Virus record (IMG/VR): IMGVR_UViG_2886837984_000001
Coordinates: 64,001 to 121,308 of that record
Reading direction: 5' to 3' (one strand)
DNA from: a virus
Lineage: Duplodnaviria > Heunggongvirae > Uroviricota > Caudoviricetes
DNA: 57,308 bases
Shown here: one piece after another, positions 19,101 through 28,000 of the stretch
Position numbering within the stretch: position 1 is the stretch's first letter
How the letters are laid out: every line of letters begins with the position of its first letter
Translations under genes and position numbers: made by a program
The notes under the pieces: model-generated
Seen by the model: only the letters and a program-made list of their open reading frames with translations
What the model was told of the DNA's origin: nothing
The model's database searches: none

Positions 19101-19373
19101 GACACGAAATACAGCCCGAAACTGACGGTCATCCGTCTTTCCGACGGGAAGTCGCGGACGATGAAGGTATCGAAGCAGACGTTCTATGACTATCAGAACG
19201 GCGGACACGCCCGAGTGAAGCTGGGCGACATCATCCGTATGAAGCAGACGAACATGAAGAACCGCTCGAAGTTCGTCAAAGGTGAGAACGGTGAACCTGG
19301 CGAGTGGGTCAAACTTCCCGAGAAAGAATTGTGGCTTGCACAGTTTGAGGTGGCGAATCATGAGTTTTGCTAA
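16170..19373 (+). CDS. dnaE: DNA polymerase III alpha subunit (phage DnaE)
   Basis: PHP domain YHLHTD/AFSEHG, GYGRGSVSGS, ADIDID, GSHPSG, KLDILGL, FSINHSQAY. Confidence 0.95.
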   Translation: MNKNYVIYHLHTDMSNANSTGADSITKAEEYIEKAKELGMKAIAFSEHGNILGWVKKKQMTEKAGLKYIHANEIYMTETLEEKVRDNYHMMLIARNLEGVKELNKLSSAAYEKDGHYYYDPRVSMDEVMNTSDNIIVTSACLASLLWKGRVRLGRQDAANRFIAWMKENKHRCFLEVQYHDIDDQKEFNEYLVNLSKETGIRLIAGTDTHALDQDHYKARQHLMKAKGVSYGYEDDLDLTMKSYDGLVEMFEKQDVLENELILEAIENTNVMADMVEEFELDYSYKYPKISKNSEKEFLDAINKGIRERGLHKLPKEKRKMYKERVQEELNVYREVGAIDYMLLQKNILDYSRSIGAEPGYGRGSVSGSLIAYLMKITEMDSVKHKLSFPRFMSKERISLADIDIDNEVSRRQEIIDYVASMENRFENFYFSEILTFQTLKAKGAIKMAFKPFGYSEADCNDITRDLDETKKERFESQWRSLGEKYPEPMWFAERLRGVIHAIGSHPSGFVVAPLPIDENMGTIYTKDSSRRVSAINMKDIDGLNWIKLDILGLSSIELTNEVCRMAGIERLTPDNVDDQDEAVWRSMLESTLSCFQWESDTAFSYYKKLFNPNTVSLLKEKIGDDLTYMNLFSIGNAAIRPSGDSYRDELASGVTVDYGHKALNDFLAPTASRMIFQEQIIEFLKEFCGYSGGDSDLVRRAIGKKRKEDLDIYIPQIKERFIETMTSKHNVTKERAEELIVSFLQVIHDASNYGFSINHSQAYSYIGYINAYLRYYYPLEFAAVQLQLLADDAKQGYMEKSAEVIQYVAQRGIKLSPPKFGFAKSKYSVDKESKTIFKDTKSIKGVESVAGDNLYALRDNKYEYFVDLLIDIEENGLCNKTSLVNLIKLNFFDVHGQNMKLLEIYDEFKGGKAQYKKSHKENTKNKRRQLLREFESKVIDRSLPLTEQIVAELELLGYVQTLPKSTDKTLLLTVNIDTKYSPKLTVIRLSDGKSRTMKVSKQTFYDYQNGGHARVKLGDIIRMKQTNMKNRSKFVKGENGEPGEWVKLPEKELWLAQFEVANHEFC

Positions 19374-19821
19374 GAAGAAAACGACAACACCGAAGGCGAG
19401 CAAGTACAAGGCGAAGAAGACGGTCGTGGACGATATCAAGTTCGACTCCAAGATCGAGTCACAGTATTACCTGCTTCTCAAACAGGAGAAGGAGAGAGGT
19501 CTGATCAAAGACTTCTCTCTCCAACCTGCCTACGAGTTGCAGTCGAAGTACGAATACATGGGCGTGAAACGTCTCGCCATCAAGTATGTGGCCGACTTCC
19601 TGATCTACCATAACGACGGAACTGAGGTGGTCGTAGACGTCAAGGGACAGCCGACGACGGACGCCAAGCTGAAGCGCAAGCTGTTCGAGTACAGATACCC
19701 CGACAAGCATCTACGGTGGATCGTGTGGGTCGCCAAGCGCGGTGGATGGATCGATTACGACGACAACGAGCGGATGAAGCGTGAAGAGAATAAGCTGAAA
19801 AAGAAAATGGAAACAAAATGA
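19360..19821 (+). CDS. DUF1064-like PD-(D/E)xK nuclease
   Basis: SKYKAKKTVVDDIKFDSKIE..YY, QPAYEL, IKYVADF, VVDVKG. RBS GAGGTG. Confidence 0.8.
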   Translation: MSFAKKKTTTPKASKYKAKKTVVDDIKFDSKIESQYYLLLKQEKERGLIKDFSLQPAYELQSKYEYMGVKRLAIKYVADFLIYHNDGTEVVVDVKGQPTTDAKLKRKLFEYRYPDKHLRWIVWVAKRGGWIDYDDNERMKREENKLKKKMETK

Positions 19822-19849
19822 AAGATGGTGGGCATATGCTCACCATCTT
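19822..19849. terminator. Hairpin between convergent gene blocks
   Basis: AAGATGGTGGGC-ATAT-GCTCACCATCTT. Confidence 0.65.
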
Positions 19850-20349
19850 CTTCGTTTAGCTTCTTCTCTATCCGCAATGATCTTATCCACCTTGCCTTCC
19901 ATCTTCTGAAAGTATCGAGGCGTGTTTGCGTCCTTGTTCGTATAGTATCTCGACCGACGATAATGATATTCGATATAGTCCGAGAACACATATATGAAAG
20001 GGGTTTTCGTCGTGGCCGAATAATCCTTGATCTCTCCATACAGTGCCGTCGGGATCAGAAGGCTTTTGACTTTCCAGTCGATCTTTTTGACACGAATCGG
20101 GATCAAGGGGGGAGTGTAGTCGCCGCTCTCGACGTTTAAGGGGAAGTCGTCCGCGATCTCTTTCATAAGATCGTTGACGGGAGTACCCGAATAGTAAGAG
20201 AGCATCTTAAGGATCTTATAGTCCCGCTCGTACACCTTCACGATCTTCCCTCTATCCTTGTTTCGTCTTGCCATATCCTCTTCGGTCAAGATGCTCGACT
20301 TCTTGTCCAACACCTTGTTCTTGTCAAAATTACTGTTTAACTTCTTCAT
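19840..20349 (-). CDS. Putative centromere-binding protein with two ribbon-helix-helix-like segments (type Ib ParB analogue)
   Basis: Directly downstream of and overlapping parA. Flexible basic N-tail, then IVKVYERDYKILKMLSYYSGTPVNDLMKEI and SLLIPTALYGEIKDYSATTKTPFIYVFSDYI. Confidence 0.6.
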   Translation of the reverse strand: MKKLNSNFDKNKVLDKKSSILTEEDMARRNKDRGKIVKVYERDYKILKMLSYYSGTPVNDLMKEIADDFPLNVESGDYTPPLIPIRVKKIDWKVKSLLIPTALYGEIKDYSATTKTPFIYVFSDYIEYHYRRSRYYTNKDANTPRYFQKMEGKVDKIIADREEAKRRRW

Positions 20350-21238
20350 TGCTCTCACTCATTTCCTTGATCCGCAGCAACACCTCGTCCACGACGGTCT
20401 CGAAGTGGGTCATCACCTCTTTATCCCAATTGTCGTACTCCCCAAAGTTGGTTGTGTCGGGATTAAAAGACTTCCCTTTTTCCGCCGCCTTGCGCATACG
20501 GGTCTCGATCATCTTCGGCACTAAGACATTTCTGTGGTACGCATACAGGCCATGCTTGGCGTACTTGCTGATCCGTGTCCGATAAGGGATGAACGCCCGG
20601 AAGAACGTGTCGTAGTCCGATAAGTCGTACTCTCGCGCAATCTCCACCATCGTATCCTTGTTGTCCTCACGTTTGTTCACCAGGACTCCTAAGAACTGAA
20701 GGTCTTTGTTGACGTGCTGATTGATCCGTTCGGCCACATCATAGAAGTCTCCGATTCCCTCGAACGAATATGCGCTCACCTCGCTCACGACGATAAAGTA
20801 GTCGCTAGCAGCCAAAGAGCTGTTCAAGAACACGCTGAACGTCGTAGGCGGTGTGTCAAAGAAGATGTAATCATAGTCATCCTCAATCTTTTTGACCATG
20901 TTTCGGAAATACGTGAACTCATTCTTTTCGTTCAATAAAAGACCGAAATTGGCCGTGTCTTGCGAGCTTGGAATGAAGTGGAAATTGACCGTCGGTCTCA
21001 GGATCGATGGCAACAGGTCTTTTGATTTCAGACCATCGAACACGGTTGTTGCGCTCTCAGAGAATCCGTCCTCATAGAACGTTTTAAACAATGTTCGTGT
21101 CGAGTTGGATTGAGGGTCAAAGTCCATAAACAATACCCTCTGACCTCTTTTGGCGAGCTCATACGCCACGAGCAAAGATGTTGTCGTCTTCCCGGCCCCA
21201 CCCTTAGAGTTACCTATCGTTAGCTTCTTTGCCATCAT
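20330..21238 (-). CDS. parA: ParA/Soj-family partition ATPase
   Basis: Deviant Walker A GNSKGGAGKTT, DFDPQSN, YIFFDTPP. No N-terminal HTH extension (type Ib). Confidence 0.93.
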   Translation of the reverse strand: MMAKKLTIGNSKGGAGKTTTSLLVAYELAKRGQRVLFMDFDPQSNSTRTLFKTFYEDGFSESATTVFDGLKSKDLLPSILRPTVNFHFIPSSQDTANFGLLLNEKNEFTYFRNMVKKIEDDYDYIFFDTPPTTFSVFLNSSLAASDYFIVVSEVSAYSFEGIGDFYDVAERINQHVNKDLQFLGVLVNKREDNKDTMVEIAREYDLSDYDTFFRAFIPYRTRISKYAKHGLYAYHRNVLVPKMIETRMRKAAEKGKSFNPDTTNFGEYDNWDKEVMTHFETVVDEVLLRIKEMSESNEEVKQ

Positions 21239-21277
21239 CTCACACCCCTAATTGTTGATACTTTTATATTACCTTAA

Positions 21278-21338
21278 GTTCTAACATTAGAACATTAAAA
21301 GTTCTAATTGTAGAATATATAAGATACAACGTTAGAGT
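21278..21338. repeat. Palindrome array 1, at the parA promoter (3 copies)
   Basis: Copies start at 21278, 21301 and 21323 (third degenerate). They overlap a candidate minus-strand promoter TTGACG-18-TATCTT. Confidence 0.85.
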
Positions 21339-21426
21339 TTAATGCGTCAAAATATGGCTCTAACAAACAATTAAAGTATATTATTTCAGATACCTTAATT
21401 AAAATAAAAAAAGAACCATAATGCAA

Positions 21427-21684
21427 TTAGGATTCGATAAACCCCACGATTTCGTCAACCAGTTCTGCGTTGGGCGTGTACAGTTCTCCGTCGACAGAAG
21501 GCCAGTCAATCGCGACCAACGTAGACAAGTAGCTATCCGAACCAATGTTTGTCAGGATGACGATCAACCCGTCTTCCTTCCCGACAAACACATCAGACTT
21601 TTCGGAATGTCCGATGATCCTCCGTGTCGCCATGTATTCTCCCCATATATCAGACGAGACTTCTTTTTGCGCTAAAATCTTCAT
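21427..21684 (-). CDS. Small hypothetical protein
   Basis: RBS GGAGGTG before ATG 21684 within ORF 21427-21825. Confidence 0.65.
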   Translation of the reverse strand: MKILAQKEVSSDIWGEYMATRRIIGHSEKSDVFVGKEDGLIVILTNIGSDSYLSTLVAIDWPSVDGELYTPNAELVDEIVGFIES

Positions 21685-21945
21685 TTCATCACCTCCATTT
21701 TCAAACCTTGCGTGAAATGAACATTTCACGCAAACATACCGACCTAAATAAGCCGTTTCAATAAAACAAGATCCATACAAGCCATCCATTTGCATCGAAA
21801 CCGTATGTCGTGCGTCTTGATACATAGATTTTCGTATGAGACAGGGTTACATAATTAATTATTTAGAAACCAGAAGTGGATCTTGGAAATGGATATCTGC
21901 CATTCCTAACCTCATGCCTTTATCTTTCTCAACGACAACAAAAGA

Positions 21946-21954
21946 TGTGGATAA
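21946..21954. promoter_or_regulatory. DnaA box
   Basis: TGTGGATAA, the reverse complement of consensus TTATCCACA, in an AT-rich intergenic region. Confidence 0.55.
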
Positions 21955-21999
21955 CTTGTATCGCAAAAATATAAAATAGTATTGGTGTCCACGTATTTA

Positions 22000-22037
22000 T
22001 ATCTAATGTTAGAAAATAAATATTACAAAGTTAGAAG
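22000..22037. repeat. Palindrome array 2 (2 degenerate copies)
   Basis: TATCTAATGTTAGAAA (22000) and ATTACAAAGTTAGAAG (22022), 22-bp phase. Confidence 0.65.
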
Positions 22038-22105
22038 ATAAAATGTACAGAAACCCTTTAACAGAGCCGTTTTTGTCCTACCTACACACCGACAATTAAA
22101 CAAAT

Positions 22106-22137
22106 AAAAAACGACGACTCTCAAAAGAGAATCGCCG
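22106..22137 (-). terminator. Minus-strand intrinsic terminator
   Basis: CGGCGATTCTC-TTTT-GAGAGTCGTCG + T6 on the minus strand. The two G-U wobbles only work in this orientation. Confidence 0.8.
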
Positions 22138-22144
22138 TCAAGAC

Positions 22145-22173
22145 TTGCATTTCAGAAATTTTAGCTATACAAT
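22145..22173 (+). promoter_or_regulatory. sigmaA-type promoter facing the ORF-free structured region
   Basis: TTGCAT-17-TACAAT. Confidence 0.65.
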
Positions 22174-22206
22174 TAACTCAACAACTGAATTAAGACGCAA
22201 ACCTAC

Positions 22207-22215
22207 TGTGGATAA
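22207..22215. promoter_or_regulatory. DnaA box
   Basis: TGTGGATAA, same orientation as the box at 21946. Confidence 0.55.
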
Positions 22216-22469
22216 CTTTTCTGACGGCTGCAACCTTCAGATCAGAATCCTTAACTCTTGAAACAACAAAGCGTTGCAAGAATACAAGAAAAACTTTTCC
22301 TACGAGTTTTTTCTTAAATTCATTGTACCTTGCAGCGCGGAAAAATTCAAGAGAAGTTGGTCTATTAGCCATGCCTTTTTTAGAAAAAGTGCATTTTGGC
22401 ATAGACCTTTTTGCGTTGCAAGGAATTGCCTGATACCTTGTCTTAAAAACTGACAGAGGCTAGTTGGTG

Positions 22470-23225
22470 CCTCGTGCGTCCGTACACAAACGGAATGGGA
22501 GCTACCCCTCAATCAACGGCCACATGCGATCGGAAACGATACGATCATGTGTGGTGACTTTTATCTCGAAGCGATCTCCCAATCGGTCGCTCGAGAGGGT
22601 GATAGCTACCATAAAAACGCTGTACGAGGACGGATGATGTCTCTACGGAGACGAAGGATCACACATAAGTACGTTGCCAAACATCGTAAACGAGTCCGTA
22701 ATGGACGCCTGTGAGAACGGGCGGACGAAACAGAATGGACGAATCCCGAAAGGGTAGGGCGCGGAAACCGCAAGGGGTCATTTGAGTGTGTAGTGTGGTC
22801 ATAGGGAAACCTTAGGATTGATTGGGCTGATACGACGGAAACCGAGCATGAAGCAAGGGATGAACCGATCAGAATCTCTTCCTTCTTGCACCCTGTAAAA
22901 AATTTTTACGGGATGCAGGAAGGAATTTTCTGTCCACCGTTTCCGTCATTTCGCTTCAGGATGATGTGTTCTCCATCGAGGTCAAGTGTTAACTGTCCCT
23001 TTGGGACAGAAAATTCCTTAAGTAATTAAGTAATTGAATGAGCGAAAGCGAATGACTTCGCAAAGCGAAGAAGAGGTTTATTAGTCTGTGCTACGAGGGA
23101 TACGAGTCTAGCGAAGTCTGACGAAGTGTTCCGCAGTAGCGAGCAATGAGTGTTTGGCGTAAACGCCGAAACACGAAGCGGTAGGGGAGAGTAGATAAGC
23201 TAAGGCAGATCGACCGCTTAATCCG
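22470..23225 (+). ncRNA. Candidate large structured non-coding RNA
   Basis: No credible ORF. Many stems with GAAA loops (22529-22540, 22745-22754, 22803-22812), a cUACGg loop (22639-22652), long stems, and G-U pairs favouring the + strand. Confidence 0.55.
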
Positions 23226-23344
23226 TCAGGATTTCAGGGAGATCTAAAAGGACTGAGATGAAGAAAAGGGAAGTTTTTACCACTGAATTGATTATTATTT
23301 ACATGAGGTATCTGAAATAAAAGAGAGGTTTTAATCCATAACGC

Positions 23345-23379
23345 AAAAAAAATGCGGACACCCCCGAAGGAATGCCCGC
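23345..23379 (-). terminator. Terminator ending the lysis/late transcript
   Basis: GCGGGCATTCC-TTCG-GGGGTGTCCGC + T8. Confidence 0.85.
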
Positions 23380-23385
23380 TCGTAT

Positions 23386-23694
23386 TCAATTTCCTAACTG
23401 TTCCTTGACGTCGACGATGACCTTCTCAAGCATCACCTTGTCGACGTCTACGCCGATATCTTCGAGCTTGAGACGACCGAACTCGATCAAGAAATCGATA
23501 TCCTGAGTCTGCTCGATCTCGAGACCTTGTGTCTTCGCCATGTCGACGAGGAAGTCCAAGACCGCCTCCTCCTCGATGACGTCCGCAGGGACGAAACCGC
23601 CATACGATTTCTTCCAAAGCTTCGCCACCACGCCTAACACGGCCACGATACCCGTCGCGACGATCGCTAACAGGTTTTCCATGATCATTTCCAT
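23386..23694 (-). CDS. Membrane-anchored lysis-cassette protein (holin LL-H-like)
   Basis: One N-terminal TM helix, acidic soluble tail, located after the holin. Confidence 0.5.
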   Translation of the reverse strand: MEMIMENLLAIVATGIVAVLGVVAKLWKKSYGGFVPADVIEEEAVLDFLVDMAKTQGLEIEQTQDIDFLIEFGRLKLEDIGVDVDKVMLEKVIVDVKEQLGN

Positions 23695-23706
23695 ATGTAA
23701 CACCCC

Positions 23707-24270
23707 TTAATTGATTTTTTCTTGCTCTAGCCTATTACCTTGCGAGTCTTCCTCTTCTGCTGACTCTGCCAGTTTCTCCAGAGACTCACGGTTCCGTTTC
23801 GTCCACACGAGCCAGATGCTCAAATCCTTATGTCCCGCCTGTACCATGTTCTCGAAGATGGACTGCATCTCCCGTAAAAACATGATGGCGTAAGAGATAT
23901 TGCCGATCATCAGCGCAAGCGCGGAAAGCTGCTCGAACCGGTAGGCGAGCCCTACGAAGACCATGATTACGAGGTAACTCAGCAACTTCTTGCGAGTACC
24001 GATCCACATGGCCTGTGACGTCAGCTTGCCGATTCGGATCGAGTTTAGTAGCCCGCCGTTCGTCTTGGAGATCGCATAGTATTTTGTCAACAGGTCTGTC
24101 GTCAATACCCCTAACACGATCATCGCGTATGTCTGATACGAGTCGACCGGGAAAAGGATGTAAGACACAAAACCCCAAGTTATCAGCAGATACGGGTTGA
24201 TGGCGAGCCAGGCCTTCAACATATATTCAGTCGATTCTTTCAAGAACAAATTTGCTTCTTTGATCATCAT
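23707..24270 (-). CDS. Phage holin (family 4-like)
   Basis: TM segments, D(L)LTK, TS...G..KKL, FLRE.QSIFEN pattern. Confidence 0.8.
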   Translation of the reverse strand: MMIKEANLFLKESTEYMLKAWLAINPYLLITWGFVSYILFPVDSYQTYAMIVLGVLTTDLLTKYYAISKTNGGLLNSIRIGKLTSQAMWIGTRKKLLSYLVIMVFVGLAYRFEQLSALALMIGNISYAIMFLREMQSIFENMVQAGHKDLSIWLVWTKRNRESLEKLAESAEEEDSQGNRLEQEKIN

Positions 24271-24288
24271 GGCTCACCCCTCTCTTTA

Positions 24289-24933
24289 TCAAACCCGGAT
24301 GAAGTTCGCTGCCGTCGAACGTCCATCGTGTCTTAGTGTGTAGATATCGTCCTGATCCAAGAATGACTGGTTGCGGCGCTCATAAGAGAACGTCTGTCCT
24401 CGAGCCACCTTAAACACGTCCATCGGGTTGATGGTGCTGTCGGTTCCGCCCTTCCAGATCGTCGAGTTGCCTCTGAAGCTAGGCGAGTAGTTCGGGAAGC
24501 TGACGTCCGCGTCCAACTCGATATGGGCGTGTGGCGCACCTCCGTACTTACCTGTACCACCGTAGTTGCCGAGCGTCGTACCCCATTTCACTTTCTGTCC
24601 GCGCTTGACGTTCAGACGGCTCATGTGAGCGATACGGATAGCGATGTGCTTACGTCCCTTGTGTTTCCCGTAATGGATGTCGATGGGAAGGAGCGAACGC
24701 GCGATGACCGTGTAACCCATGAGGTAATCGAGTCCCGCGTAAACAATCTCCATATCGAAAGGCGCGCGAAGCTGTGTGTCCTTGCGTTGACGGTCGACGA
24801 AGTCAGACCCGAAGTGGACGACCCCCGCCGAGCGGTAAGTCCGCTGGAACCATCGTGTGTACTCGGGATGCTTATACCCGCATGTGATCACCATATCGTT
24901 GATCGGTAGGATTGCCTTTTGAAACTTAGCCAT
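24289..24933 (-). CDS. M23 peptidase, putative endolysin
   Basis: HFGSD (HxxxD), AHMS..NVKRGQKV..G..LG..G.TG....PHAHIE (HxH). Adjacent to holins. Confidence 0.8.
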   Translation of the reverse strand: MAKFQKAILPINDMVITCGYKHPEYTRWFQRTYRSAGVVHFGSDFVDRQRKDTQLRAPFDMEIVYAGLDYLMGYTVIARSLLPIDIHYGKHKGRKHIAIRIAHMSRLNVKRGQKVKWGTTLGNYGGTGKYGGAPHAHIELDADVSFPNYSPSFRGNSTIWKGGTDSTINPMDVFKVARGQTFSYERRNQSFLDQDDIYTLRHDGRSTAANFIRV

Positions 24934-24966
24934 TAAAATCTCTCCTTGTTTTCGTAGTTGTATATG

Positions 24967-24991
24967 AAAAAGACCCGTCCGAAGACAGGTC
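24967..24991 (-). terminator. Intrinsic terminator
   Basis: GACCTGTC-TTCG-GACGGGTC + T5. Confidence 0.8.
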
Positions 24992-25003
24992 TCTGTTGAA
25001 CGA

Positions 25004-28000
25004 TTATTGGATCTCTTCCAAGTCTGCGATTCTGGCCTCTAACGTCTCGATGAGCGTTTGTTGCTCTTGTACGGCCTTCCAGAGTACGGATGTCATCGCA
25101 TACGGGTTGACGGCCTTGTTTTCTCCGCCACGCAGTATCTCTGGGACTGCCTCTGCCAGTATCCCGATTTGTCGATTGTCAAAATTAAAATCGTCCACGT
25201 CAGACTGGTAGTAGTATTCGTATATGTTCACGTCCTTAAGGACTGAGATCGCACCGTCCTGCAAGGGTTTGATGTTTGTTTTGAACGTCACGGATGACGT
25301 CAATCTCGTCCCTTGGGCGTAAACCATCCCTGGTACGGCGATATTGTTTACGTTGATGATCGTGTTCGACGGGTTGATCGTGTTCTGATACGAGCCGCCG
25401 ACACCGATCGCATTGAAGTAGACGGTAGTCCCTTCTTCTGCATATTGTGAGTGCGAGTGATATCTCGAAGCATAGTTCGAGGACACCCAAGACTCGGTCG
25501 CATAGTCGTTAGAACCGCCAGACGAGCTGTAACCCTGATCCAACACCCACTGTCTCGTTGCGATCGCATTGCCTCGCAACATCGCTGAAGCCGCGCCGTT
25601 CGTCGGATATAAGTTGATTGCCGGGGCGTAAATCGTCAAAATATCGCACGTCGTGTTGATCTCGAACTCAGACGTATAATTGTTAGACGTTCCAGAGAAC
25701 GGGTTGAGTCTGATGTACCCGGAGCGTGTAGACGAGTTGTACGTGTTGCTGAAAGAGATCCGACCGTCTGCGAGTTTTGTGGTCGAAGATTCCGACCCTG
25801 ATTGATAGTAGGTGTATATCTCACTGTTCGACATCTCTATTTTGTTGTAGGCGGAACCGCTCGTGATCGTCGTACCCGAGATCGTCGTACCCGAGATTGT
25901 CGAGCCCGTGATCGTATTACCGGTAATCGTTCCGCCGGTAATCGTACCTGCCGACAAAGTTCCCCCTTCGATCAATCCCCCCTGGATAAGAGGCGACCAG
26001 ATCCGGTCGCTATCGAGGTACGTCGGTTTCCCGACCATGCTCTCCCATGAGACGTCCGGCATCGGTTGGCTGTTTACCCCTCCCCACGAGATGCTACCGC
26101 TGTTGATGACGATGTCTCGGACATTCAACTTCCCGTTCGAATCTACCCAGAACACGTCTTTGGCTGTGTTTTTGTTCCGAATCTTGATCCCGTCCGTCGC
26201 ATTGAGCGTCACTTTCGTCTTCGAGTTCTCCGACACCAGACCTTCAGCATCATTCAACCGAATCCCGTTCGCTCCGCCCGCAATCGAGATCGATCCGCCG
26301 TCGATATCCATCCCGAACGTACCAAAACTGACGACAGGGATTCCTGCGCTGTTCTTGACGACCGCAGATGCGAGATCTCCGTTGACGACCGTCATCTGTG
26401 TGGCCGTGATCTTCTGCGTGTTCAAGTTTCCGTTCGCATCCGTCCAAAGAAGCTTCTCGAGGTTTCCGCCCTGGTAACGGGAGATGTAGAACCCTTCACC
26501 GTCGATGATACCCACCTGGTTTTTACGGTTGTCCACGACCAAGCCGAAGCGCTCGTCTTCTCCTTCGTCCGTCACAAGGCCAAGTTTGACGACCTCTTCT
26601 CCGAGACGGTTCGAGATACTGGCCTTGTTCCCGAGGATACGGAAGATACCGTCCTCGTCCTCGATCGTCAGGTTAACACCCGCGATAATCTTCCCGAAGA
26701 TACGTTCCCCAACGATACCCGTAGGTGTGATGGCATGGCCCCACGTCACCCCGTCATCGTTCGTCGTCGCCAGGACGCCGTTCTGCACGACGAGATACTT
26801 GCGGTTGTCCTCATAGTCACGGGACGTCAATCCTCGTGCGCTGAACTCGGTGAGTCCTGCGACACCCCCCGACACCTTCTTCTTAACCGCGTCAAAGTTT
26901 TGTTCGATAAGGGCGTTGATCTGCCCGTTGTTCTCTTTCGATAGATCCCATTTAAACCGGTTCTCGTTGACCACCGTCGCCGCAAAACTCGACTGATACA
27001 GCATCTCGAGAAACTTGTTCGTCCCGTCGTTCGAGTCCTTGACGTTCGTGATCGTGACCGTCAGTTCTTTCGTGTCGTAGTTGCGGACGATACCTGTGAT
27101 GCGCGCCGTTGTGATGCCCCTGTTCCACGGTTCCTCGATTCGGATCTCGTCCCACATGCGGAAGTCCTTGTGGCCGTCTGGGATCTCGACCATGCTGAGG
27201 AAGTCGACCAACCCGACGTTCAGGTTGATGTTCGGCTTGATGAGTTCCTTGAGCTCCTTACGCCCCTCCTCGAGCAAGTCCTTCGCTTCGACGATCGAGT
27301 CGTTCGTCCACTCCTTGCGGATGATGAAATGTGACCGCTCCGCGATCTGAGCCGGCGTGAAGTTGTTGCGGATGAGCATCTGTTCTTTCAGGAGTCCGAT
27401 CTGGCCGCCCGAAGCACCCATGACGACGAACCCTAACTCGTAATAATCCGCTCCCGCGATGTCCGAAATGTCCTCTTTTAAGCCCAAAACCACCGATTCG
27501 ATGACATTTTTGGCCTCTAAAATACGGATTTTATCTGCCTCATATTCGGGGTTCGACTGCCCGTTGTTCAAGGCCAGGTGGATATCGACCCGCTCCTGTG
27601 CCTGTGTGAGCTCGATGTCGAGGTCTGCGAGCATGTCGTTCTGTTCGGACACCTGTGCCATCAACCCGTCCAACTGGACGACGAGCGAGTCGAATGTCGG
27701 TGTCAGTTGCGACAGCTTCCGGTTGTACGCGACCATCGCCTGTGCGAGCGAGTCGGACATGAAGTAGCTGCTCTTGACGATATTTCCTTGTTCGTCCTCC
27801 TCATACGGATAGAGGAAGTAGGAGAAGTCCTCGATGTACGGCGACCCCGTCGGAGACACCTCATGGATCGTCAGACCGTCCTTCCCGTAGAGGGCGAGCT
27901 GTGTCACCATGTTGTCGGCGTTCGTGTCCTTCGTGAGCGACTTCATGTAGTTGCGCTCACTGATTTTCAGACCACGGTTACGACCCAACGTCTCAGGGTT

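Noticed and set aside
22190-22402. 70-aa minus-strand ORF as a type I toxin or Rep leader peptide
   Set aside because: Weak RBS and no continuous transmembrane helix. It cannot be excluded, but it is not supportable from sequence alone.
21240-23385. tRNA or tmRNA genes in the non-coding region
   Set aside because: No cloverleaf with a T-loop GTTCGA and acceptor stem was found by eye.
26066-26944. Long antisense ORFs (also 35315-36022, 42248-43042, 50070-50801, 54965-55633)
   Set aside because: Shadow frames of strongly codon-biased genes on the opposite strand. No RBS and no recognisable motifs.
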